Shown: piece by piece, positions 55,167-64,000 of the stretch
How the letters are laid out: the number at the start of each line of letters is the position of its first letter
How positions within the stretch are numbered: the stretch's first letter is position 1
NCBI GenBank assembly: GCA_035546775.1
Contig: DASZWD010000040.1
Coordinates: 291-64,290 of the forward strand
DNA: 64,000 nt
Reading direction: 5' to 3'
Source: Acidimicrobiales bacterium
Lineage (GTDB): Bacteria > Actinomycetota > Acidimicrobiia > Acidimicrobiales > JACCXE01
Position numbers and translations under genes: made by a program
The notes under the pieces: model-generated
Told to the model about the DNA's origin: nothing
Seen by the model: only the letters and a program-made list of their open reading frames with translations
Database searches by the model: none

Positions 55167-56753
55167 ATGACGGTACAGGCCGAGTTCTGCTCCACGATCG
55201 TCGACGAATGGATCCGCGGCGGGCTGACGCACGCGATCATCGCTCCGGGAAGTCGCTCGACGCCGCTGGCCCTCACGCTGGCGGCGCGCCCGCAACTCGA
55301 CGTGCGCGTCGTGCTCGACGAGCGATCGGCGGCGTTCGTGGCGTTGGGGGTCGGCTTGGCGAGCGGGCGCGCCGCCGTCGTGCTCACCACGAGCGGTACC
55401 GCCGCCGCCGAACTCGTTCCCGCGGCTGTCGAAGCGCACCACGCTCGCGTGCCGCTGCTGCTGGTCACCGCCGACCGGCCGTGGGAAGCGCTGGAGGTGC
55501 GGGCGCCGCAGACCATCGACCAGACGCGCCTGTTCGAAGGCTTGACGCGCTTCAGCGCGTCGCCGGGCGTTCCCGACCTCGCATCGGCCAAGGTGTGGCG
55601 GTCGCTGGCGTCGCGGGCGCTGCTCGACACCCGCCATCACCCGTCGGGCCCCGGACCCGTACACCTGAACCTGCCCTTCCGCGAACCGTTGTTGCCCGAC
55701 CGGCCGGACGCGTCGCCGGCGGGGCGTGACGGCGGCGCGCCGTGGCACCGCGTCGACACCAGCCCAACCGGGTTGACGCCCCTGGGCATCGCCGGACGGC
55801 GCGGCCTCGTCGTCGCCGGCGCCGGCGCGCCAGCGCCCGGTGCGCTGCAGCAACTCGGCTGGCCGATCCTCGCCGACCCACGCTCGGGGGCGCGGGTGCC
55901 GCACCCGTTGACGATCGCGGCGGCCGACGCCCTCCTGCGCGCCCCGTTCGCCGAGGCGCACAAGCCCGACGTCGTCGTGCACGTGGGTGAACCCTGGGCC
56001 AGTCGGATCGTCAACGAGTGGCTGGCCGGAACCGGCGCCGACCACATCGTGGTCGACCCGTACGGCACGTGGCCCGATCCATCGCGACTGGCGTCGACGT
56101 TCGTGCGCGGCCCGGTGGCGCTCGTTGCCGAAGACGCCCCCGACGCTGGTTGGGTGGCGGATTGGACGACGGCCGAGGCCGCGGCGCAGCGCGCCATCGA
56201 CGCCACCCTTGCGCTGCCGGCGCACCTGCCGAGCGCGTCGTCGGTGCTGCGCGGCCTGCTGAAGTCGGCCGCCGACGACGAGACGCTGTTCGTCGCGTCG
56301 TCGATGCCGATTCGCGACCTCGAGTGGTTCGGCGCGGCGCGCGACGGCGCCCGCGTGCTGTCCAACCGCGGCGCCAACGGCATCGACGGGCTGGTGTCGA
56401 CGGCGGCGGGCGTGGCGTGGGCTTCCGCCCCGCATCCCGTGACCGCCGTGCTGGGCGACCTCGCGTTCTTGCACGACGTCGGTGGGTTACGCGCCGCCGT
56501 CGGGTTGACCAACCTCGACTACGTCGTGATCGACAACAGCGGCGGCGCCATCTTCGACTTTCTGCCGCAAGCGCAGGAACTCGACGCCGACACGTTCCGG
56601 GCGCTGTTCACCACCCCGCACGGCCTCGACCTCGATGCGGTGGCGGCGTCGGTGCCCGGCACCCGCGTCGCCGTGCACCGCGTGCTCGCGGGCACGGCCA
56701 TGGCGACGCACCGCGCCGTGCACGCGGCGGTGGCCGAAGCGATCGCGTCCTAA
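55167..56753 (+). CDS. menD: 2-succinyl-5-enolpyruvyl-6-hydroxy-3-cyclohexene-1-carboxylate synthase
   Basis: N-terminal IVDEWIRGGLTHAIIAPGSRSTPLAL and a C-terminal ThDP motif region (GDLAFLHD..NN). Confidence 0.85.
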   Translation: MTVQAEFCSTIVDEWIRGGLTHAIIAPGSRSTPLALTLAARPQLDVRVVLDERSAAFVALGVGLASGRAAVVLTTSGTAAAELVPAAVEAHHARVPLLLVTADRPWEALEVRAPQTIDQTRLFEGLTRFSASPGVPDLASAKVWRSLASRALLDTRHHPSGPGPVHLNLPFREPLLPDRPDASPAGRDGGAPWHRVDTSPTGLTPLGIAGRRGLVVAGAGAPAPGALQQLGWPILADPRSGARVPHPLTIAAADALLRAPFAEAHKPDVVVHVGEPWASRIVNEWLAGTGADHIVVDPYGTWPDPSRLASTFVRGPVALVAEDAPDAGWVADWTTAEAAAQRAIDATLALPAHLPSASSVLRGLLKSAADDETLFVASSMPIRDLEWFGAARDGARVLSNRGANGIDGLVSTAAGVAWASAPHPVTAVLGDLAFLHDVGGLRAAVGLTNLDYVVIDNSGGAIFDFLPQAQELDADTFRALFTTPHGLDLDAVAASVPGTRVAVHRVLAGTAMATHRAVHAAVAEAIAS

Positions 56754-57877
56754 GGACGCACGAGTGCGGCCAGCAGTGCTTGCAGCTTGAGTTGGCTCTC
56801 CACCAACTCGGACTGGCTGTCCGACCCGGCGACGACGCCGCAGCCGGCGCGCAGCACGGCGCGCGTGTCATCGATCTCGGCGCAACGGATGCCGACCCAC
56901 CACTCGCCGTTGCCGCGGGCGTCGACCCAGCCGACCGGCCCGGCGTAGCGGCCGCGGTCGAGCCGCTCGTGGCGGGCGAGCCAGGCGAGGGCGGCGGCGC
57001 TGGGCTGGCCACCGACGGCGGCGGTGGGGTGCAAGGAGGCGACGAGGTCGAGCACGGACGCCGGCGCGGTGGCGCCCAGCGTGCCGGTGATCTTCGTGCC
57101 GAGGTGCGTGACGTTGCGCAGCGCGACGACCGAGGGGCCCGCGGGCACGTCGAGCGACGCACAGTAAGGCCGCAGGGCGTCGGCGACGCCGTCGACGGTA
57201 AGCCGGTGCTCGGCGCGGTCCTTGTCCGACGCGAGGAGGGCGGCCGCCGCCTCGTTGTCGGCATCGGGATCGCCGACGCGGGCCGTGGTGCCGGCGAGGG
57301 GATGCGAGACGATCTGGTCGCCGACGCGGCTGATCAACAACTCCGGGCTGGCACCGACGAATCCGTCGACCGAGTACGTCGTGCACGATGGGTAGAGATC
57401 GTGCAGGCGGCGCACGACGTCGGCCACGACGATCGGGCGATTGGCCGCCACCTCCACGGCGCGTGCGACGACGACCTTCTCGAAGTCGCCGGCGTCGATG
57501 GCGGCGAGCGCATCGTCGACGAGATCGCACCAGTCGGCGTGCGACAGCGACGGGGTGAGGCTGAAGGCGTCGGGGGCCAGCGGTTGGTCGGCGGTGTCGG
57601 GTGACGGGCCGACGCCGTCGCGGACGAACCACACTTCTTCGGGCACCACCAGCGACGCCGCCAACACCCGGTTGAACGGCAGCGCACCCACCGCGATCGC
57701 GCCGTCGCCCAGAGCGGCGAGCTCGTTGCCGACGCGCTCGCCGAGTTCACCGTCGGAAGCGCCGGCGGGCAGATCGATGCGGGCGCGCACGCCGCGGGCC
57801 ACGAAGCCGCCGTCGCGCCCGCCGAGCATGACGATGTCGTCGTCGCGGATGCCGGCCAGCAGTTTGGTCAGGTCCAC
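56750..57877 (-). CDS. menF: isochorismate synthase
   Basis: Chorismate-binding blocks (LHPTAAVGG, RGRYAGPVGW, IRCAEI). The GTG 57877 shares one nt with the menG TAG. Confidence 0.8.
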   Translation of the reverse strand: MDLTKLLAGIRDDDIVMLGGRDGGFVARGVRARIDLPAGASDGELGERVGNELAALGDGAIAVGALPFNRVLAASLVVPEEVWFVRDGVGPSPDTADQPLAPDAFSLTPSLSHADWCDLVDDALAAIDAGDFEKVVVARAVEVAANRPIVVADVVRRLHDLYPSCTTYSVDGFVGASPELLISRVGDQIVSHPLAGTTARVGDPDADNEAAAALLASDKDRAEHRLTVDGVADALRPYCASLDVPAGPSVVALRNVTHLGTKITGTLGATAPASVLDLVASLHPTAAVGGQPSAAALAWLARHERLDRGRYAGPVGWVDARGNGEWWVGIRCAEIDDTRAVLRAGCGVVAGSDSQSELVESQLKLQALLAALVRP

Positions 57878-58572
57878 TAGGCGCGCCTCGCGGTGATGAG
57901 CTGCGCGATGCCGGTGCTCAGCTGCTGACGTTCGACGGACGTGAAGCCGGCGCGCTCGATCATCGCCAGCAGTTCGGGCGTCGGCGGAAGGTAGGCGACC
58001 GAGCGCGGCAGGTAGCGATACGCGGCGGGGTCGGAAAACAAGCCGCCGATCATTGGCACGACTCGGCCGAAGTACACGCGGTGGCCGAACGCCAAGACCG
58101 GGTTGGTCGGTGTGGACACTTCGAGCAGCGCCAGTGAACCACCGGGGCGCAGTACCCGCGCCATCTCGGCGAAGCAGGCGTCGAGGTCGACGAGGTTGCG
58201 CAACGCCAAGCCGCAGGTGACACCGTCCATCGCCGCGGTGGCGATGGGCAGGAAACGCGCGTCGGATTGCACGAGCGGCGCAGCAGTACGGGCGTTGGCC
58301 AGCATGCCCGCCGACAGGTCGAGCGCGATCGGGGCCATGCCCCGATGTTCCATTTCGCGGCAAAGGTCACCGGTCCCTGCCGCGATGTCGAGCACGCGGG
58401 CGCCGCCGCCGAGTTGCAACGAGTCGAGCGTGCGCCGGCGCCACCGGACGTCCATGCGGAACGTCATGACACGGTTCACGAGGTCGTAGCGCGGGGCGAT
58501 GGCGTCGAACATGGCGCCGACGGCGTGAACCTTTTCCTCGCCCTCGGGCAGAGGAGGCGCGCTTCGACCCAT
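57877..58572 (-). CDS. menG: demethylmenaquinone methyltransferase
   Basis: FDAIAPRYDLVNRVMTF and VLDIAAGTGDL blocks of UbiE/MenG. Confidence 0.85.
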   Translation of the reverse strand: MGRSAPPLPEGEEKVHAVGAMFDAIAPRYDLVNRVMTFRMDVRWRRRTLDSLQLGGGARVLDIAAGTGDLCREMEHRGMAPIALDLSAGMLANARTAAPLVQSDARFLPIATAAMDGVTCGLALRNLVDLDACFAEMARVLRPGGSLALLEVSTPTNPVLAFGHRVYFGRVVPMIGGLFSDPAAYRYLPRSVAYLPPTPELLAMIERAGFTSVERQQLSTGIAQLITARRA

Positions 58573-58578
58573 GCCCCC

Positions 58579-58588
58579 AAACTAGATT
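58579..58588. promoter_or_regulatory. shared bidirectional -10 region AAACTAGATT (menG / LCP)
   Basis: Minus-strand TAGTTT 58584-58579 and plus-strand TAGATT 58583-58588 share one TA. Confidence 0.4.
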
Positions 58589-58596
58589 GACCTCAG

Positions 58597-59790
58597 ATGA
58601 GCAGTCACTTTCGGCGGGGGGTGGGGCCGCAGCGGCTGCGCGTGGCAGTCGTCGCCGCGATCGCCGTCGTGCTCGTCGGCTTCGGGATCGTGAAGGCGAC
58701 GCCGCATCACCGGGCGCTGGTCGTGGGCAAGTACGAGGGGTCGACGACGACGTCGCCGACGGTCACCGTGCCTGCGCCCGACATCGGCCGCGCTCCGATC
58801 CCCGCGCCCAAGGGCGGCAGTGACCTGCTCGGCGCCAACGGATCGGCCTATGGCCGGGCGCTGGCGTTCCACAGCACCATCCCGATCAAAGACGGGCTGC
58901 GGTTCATGCTGATCGTCGGCTCCGATGCCCGGCCGGGCCAGGACTTGCGCCACACGCGCACCGACTCGCTGCACGTGGTCGCCGTCGACCCGGCGACGCA
59001 CTCGGGAACGATCGTGGGGATCCCGCGCGACACCTACGTCGACATTCCCGGTCACGGGCAGCACAAGATCAACGAAGCGATGGAGCTCGGTGGTCCGTCG
59101 CTGATGATGGAGACGATCCGCAACTTCACCGGCCTCCCCGTGGAGTACTACGTGCTCACCGGGTTCGAGGGCTTCTCGCAGATGGTCGACGAGTTGGGCG
59201 GCGTGGACGTGAACGTGCCCCGCAACATGAACGACAACTACTCCGGCGCGCACTTTGCCGCGGGCTACCACCACTTCAACGGCGAACAGGCGCTGGCGTT
59301 CTGCCGCGACCGTCACGACGTCGCGTACGGCGACTTCACCCGCTCCGAGAACCAAGGCCTCCTCATGCTGGCGACGCTGGCGAAGCTAAGGGCGGAGACA
59401 ACCGACGACGCCGGCCTGCGAAGGTGGCTGTCGGTGCTGGCCGAGCACGCCGAGTTCGACGCGTCGATGTCGGAGATGGAGAGCCTCGCCGCGCTCGTGC
59501 GCCGCATCGACCCGTCGTGGCTCCAGAACGTCGTGATGCCGGGCAAGACAGGCACGGCGTCGGGTGGCCAGTCGGTCGTGTACCCGACGGAGGCGGCGGC
59601 GGCGGTGTGGGGCGACCTGCGCGACGACGCTCGCCTCACCAACGCACCGACGGGCAGCGACAACACCGAAGACACGACGGCGACGACGGTCGAGGAACCG
59701 ACGACCGACACGACGGACACCACCACGACGACGCAACCGCCGCTGATAAGCCACGGTGGCGGCGGCGATACGACGACCACCGCGCCTTAG
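58597..59790 (+). CDS. LCP (LytR-CpsA-Psr) family cell-wall glycopolymer ligase
   Basis: N-terminal TM, then MLIVGSDAR..RTDSLHVV..GIPRD LCP core. Thr-rich C-terminal tail. Confidence 0.85.
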   Translation: MSSHFRRGVGPQRLRVAVVAAIAVVLVGFGIVKATPHHRALVVGKYEGSTTTSPTVTVPAPDIGRAPIPAPKGGSDLLGANGSAYGRALAFHSTIPIKDGLRFMLIVGSDARPGQDLRHTRTDSLHVVAVDPATHSGTIVGIPRDTYVDIPGHGQHKINEAMELGGPSLMMETIRNFTGLPVEYYVLTGFEGFSQMVDELGGVDVNVPRNMNDNYSGAHFAAGYHHFNGEQALAFCRDRHDVAYGDFTRSENQGLLMLATLAKLRAETTDDAGLRRWLSVLAEHAEFDASMSEMESLAALVRRIDPSWLQNVVMPGKTGTASGGQSVVYPTEAAAAVWGDLRDDARLTNAPTGSDNTEDTTATTVEEPTTDTTDTTTTTQPPLISHGGGGDTTTTAP

Positions 59791-60671
59791 CGAATCGAGA
59801 CCAGTGCGATGCCGCAGATGATCATGCTGGCCGCGATCTTCTGGTGCGTCGCCATGCGCTCGCGCAGGAAAACGCGCGCGAGAACCAGCGTCGGCACGGA
59901 GAACGCGCTGCTGAGAACCACGATGATGGCGGTATGGGTGGTGGCGCTGAACCCGTAGCTGACGGCGGCGAATGCTGCCGCGTCGCACACGCCGATCAGC
60001 CCGATGTAGGGGGCGACACGGAGGCTCGGAACGGTCAGAGCCTCTCCCGTGACGATGGCGTAGACGCCGACGGTGAACGCGGCGGTGACACGGATAAGAA
60101 CGAGGAAGAACAACCAGTCGCGCGGACCGAGGAACCGGTCGAAGAGAACGAACCAGAACGCGTCCGCCACTGCTGACGCGGCGACGAGCCGCAAACCCGG
60201 CATCGCACCGACGCGCCGGCCGACCAACATCGTCGATACGTCGCCGAAAGTGGTGCTGATGGCGACGACGCCACAGATGACGACGGCGATGGCCACGCAC
60301 TGTCCCTTGGACACGTGCTCGCCGAACACGACAGCGCTAAGCAGCACCACCAGCACCGCATGCGACGAGAAGATCGGACTCAACACGCTGAGCGTTCCTT
60401 GGCGAAACCCGGCGTAAAGCCACAGGTACGACACGGAGTTCACGATGCCGAACAGCACCAGCCACAGCGCGTCGACGCAATGGACTGTCGGAACCTCACG
60501 CACAACTGCCAGCAGGCCGAGCAGTGGTACGAGGCCCACGATCTGGGCCCAGAACAGCGTCGCGATCTCACCAACGGCGTCGACGGTCTTCTTGGCAAAG
60601 AAGTCGGCCACGCCCCAGCCCAACATGCCGCCGAGACCTGCAAACGTCGCGACCAGCAGTGAATCGCGCAT
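59787..60671 (-). CDS. EamA/DMT-family transporter
   Basis: 294 aa, ten TM helices in two EamA-like halves. The ATG shares one nt with the upstream TGA. Confidence 0.75.
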   Translation of the reverse strand: MRDSLLVATFAGLGGMLGWGVADFFAKKTVDAVGEIATLFWAQIVGLVPLLGLLAVVREVPTVHCVDALWLVLFGIVNSVSYLWLYAGFRQGTLSVLSPIFSSHAVLVVLLSAVVFGEHVSKGQCVAIAVVICGVVAISTTFGDVSTMLVGRRVGAMPGLRLVAASAVADAFWFVLFDRFLGPRDWLFFLVLIRVTAAFTVGVYAIVTGEALTVPSLRVAPYIGLIGVCDAAAFAAVSYGFSATTHTAIIVVLSSAFSVPTLVLARVFLRERMATHQKIAASMIICGIALVSIR

Positions 60672-61963
60672 CACGGCGCGATGACGGAGCGAGGACCCAG
60701 CGGGTGCTCGCGCACGGCGTGGGCCGCGCGGTGGTGACTGCGCTCGCCGATCGGCACCACCCGGTGCCGTTGAAGGTACGGAACGCGGCTCAGCGCCTCG
60801 GAGATCAGCATCGGCCCGACCTCGACGTCGTTGCCGCAGGCGACGTAGTTCGCCTTCGCTCCGTTGCCGCCAAAGGGCGTGTTGCCTTGCTCGACCTGGA
60901 GCACGGTCTGCTCGAACAGCACCGTCGAGGATTCGAATAGCCCGGCCACGGGAGCCTGGCCGTAGAGCGAGACGTACATCGCGTTGTCGCGGTAGTCGCG
61001 CCCGGAGAAGAACGCCGCCAGTTCCTCGTCGCTCTCGTAGACCAGCACGTAGAAGATCGGGGCGAAGAACTCGGTGACGAAGTCGTGCTCGGAGAGGGGA
61101 CGCACGATGACCGTCGGGTCCACGAAACCCGACTTGACGTCCACCGTGCCGCCAACGATCGTGTCGGCGGCCAGCGAAGCGAGCCGCGCCGCCAGGTCTT
61201 TGAGCGGTCGGCGATTCAGGATCGAGCCGATGCGGACCCGCGGGTCGTCGTAGGACCCCGCCCGCAGCGACCCGATGCGGTCGGCCACCGACGCGACGAA
61301 CTCGTCGAGCTTGCTCATGTGGACCAGGAACACGTCGGGGGCCGCGCAATCCTGCCCACTGTTGAACACGCGGGCGGTCACCACGTTGTCGATGACCTCG
61401 GGTGTTAGGCGGGCCTGCGCGCCGATGACGACGGGATTGACGCCACTGCCTTCGAAGAGGAACACGCTGCTGGAGCACTGGTTCCGGACCTGCTCAGCCG
61501 ACTCGTAGCGGCCGGTGAAGATCACGGCTTGGGCGCGGCTAGCGACGACGTCGATGAATTGCCGGCGCGTTGCCTCATGGAGGTGCACGCGCGGGAAGAA
61601 ATCCTCGAGGTGGGCGGCGACCGCAACCTGCCGCAGCCAACCCGGAGTCGACGCCGGCAGACGAACATCGACGCGCCCCGCCATCAGCGACGGCACGGCG
61701 GCAAAGAGGATGAGCGAGTACAGGGGCAGGTTGATGGGCAGGAATACGGCGACGGAGTCGAGATCCGCCTTGCGCAAGTGCGCCAACTCGCGGTGCAGAT
61801 TGCGCAGCGTGTCGATCGAGTTGCACACCTCGTTGACCGCGGTCTCGTAGCTCTCACATTCCGTGAGTACTTGCACGATCGCGTGGCGGTGGCGCTCGAG
61901 GTAATCGGCGCAGTCCCGCGCCACGGCGACGTCGTCGAGCCGCGGATTGACGCCGGTGCTCAT
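60671..61963 (-). CDS. atypical aldehyde dehydrogenase superfamily protein
   Basis: LFEGSGVNPVVI (ELGGKxP-like general-base block), FNSGQDCAAPD (catalytic Cys block), EFFAPIFYV (EExFGPV-like). 430 aa. Confidence 0.65.
   Translation of the reverse strand: MSTGVNPRLDDVAVARDCADYLERHRHAIVQVLTECESYETAVNEVCNSIDTLRNLHRELAHLRKADLDSVAVFLPINLPLYSLILFAAVPSLMAGRVDVRLPASTPGWLRQVAVAAHLEDFFPRVHLHEATRRQFIDVVASRAQAVIFTGRYESAEQVRNQCSSSVFLFEGSGVNPVVIGAQARLTPEVIDNVVTARVFNSGQDCAAPDVFLVHMSKLDEFVASVADRIGSLRAGSYDDPRVRIGSILNRRPLKDLAARLASLAADTIVGGTVDVKSGFVDPTVIVRPLSEHDFVTEFFAPIFYVLVYESDEELAAFFSGRDYRDNAMYVSLYGQAPVAGLFESSTVLFEQTVLQVEQGNTPFGGNGAKANYVACGNDVEVGPMLISEALSRVPYLQRHRVVPIGERSHHRAAHAVREHPLGPRSVIAP

Positions 61964-64000
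<2,037 letters not shown>

Noticed and set aside
59821-59940. Possible low-GC island for the EamA/ALDH/kinase operon.
   Set aside because: Hand counts of two 60-nt lines gave 40/60 and 37/60 G+C, only modestly below core genes (44/60). This is not enough to claim horizontal origin without a computed profile.

Overview
This is a very gene-dense, high-GC chromosomal segment (about 70% G+C by eye, not computed). The gene repertoire looks actinobacterial: Bpa proteasome activator, SepF/DivIVA, an LCP enzyme, menaquinone genes and a DdbA-like histone-DksA fusion. All family calls come from motif recognition in the supplied translations; no searches were run. I support 64 protein-coding genes. The largest non-coding gap is about 134 nt, and I saw no tRNA, rRNA, CRISPR array or transposase. 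Gene order, first part: pfk (partial), IMPase, ltaE, membrane adenylate cyclase, ppm1-NUDIX-dinB, DUF3040, MoxR-DUF58-transglutaminase operon, ROK kinase, a small HTH gene paired with an orphan ClpC-N-domain gene, HNH, LplA-like. Then comes a dcw cluster, mraZ-rsmH-ftsL-ftsI-murE-mraY-murD-ftsW-murC-murB-ftsQ-ftsZ-pgeF-yggS-sepF-yggT-divIVA, which lacks murF and murG. After that: a membrane-anchored Lys/Ala-tail protein, ileS, yggU, an OafA-like acyltransferase, a DdbA-like gene, lspA, an RluA-family gene, rrf2, bpa, a membrane protein, a frameshifted methyltransferase and dnaE. Next is an accessory-looking patch (hypothetical, patatin, hypothetical, DUF222-HNH), followed by yyaL, DUF952, an SDR, menE/A/H/D/F/G on alternating strands, and an LCP gene. 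The window ends with a hybrid histidine kinase, ALDH-like and EamA operon; the kinase runs off the window edge. Main hunt results: (1) 17 genes have a TANNNT hexamer 6-10 nt upstream of the start codon and no SD, including divergent pairs that share one -10 region (menE/menA, DUF952/SDR, menG/LCP). (2) The dcw cluster has no room for murF or murG. (3) A phased MraZ-box array overlaps a candidate Pmra promoter, and the mraZ-rsmH spacer holds three perfect palindromes. (4) A 2-TM protein with a duplicated 50-aa module and a histone-H1-like AKKA tail sits just downstream of divIVA. (5) A divergent HTH and orphan ClpC-N-domain pair may be a split ClpC2-like module. (6) A 20-bp palindrome abuts the dnaE SD. 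(7) A G4-run frameshift affects the methyltransferase, and the patatin gene has its glycine-rich motif upstream of any ATG/GTG/TTG. (8) The hybrid kinase carries a degenerate receiver domain and is coupled to an atypical ALDH and an exporter. No classical defence or mobile system is evident.
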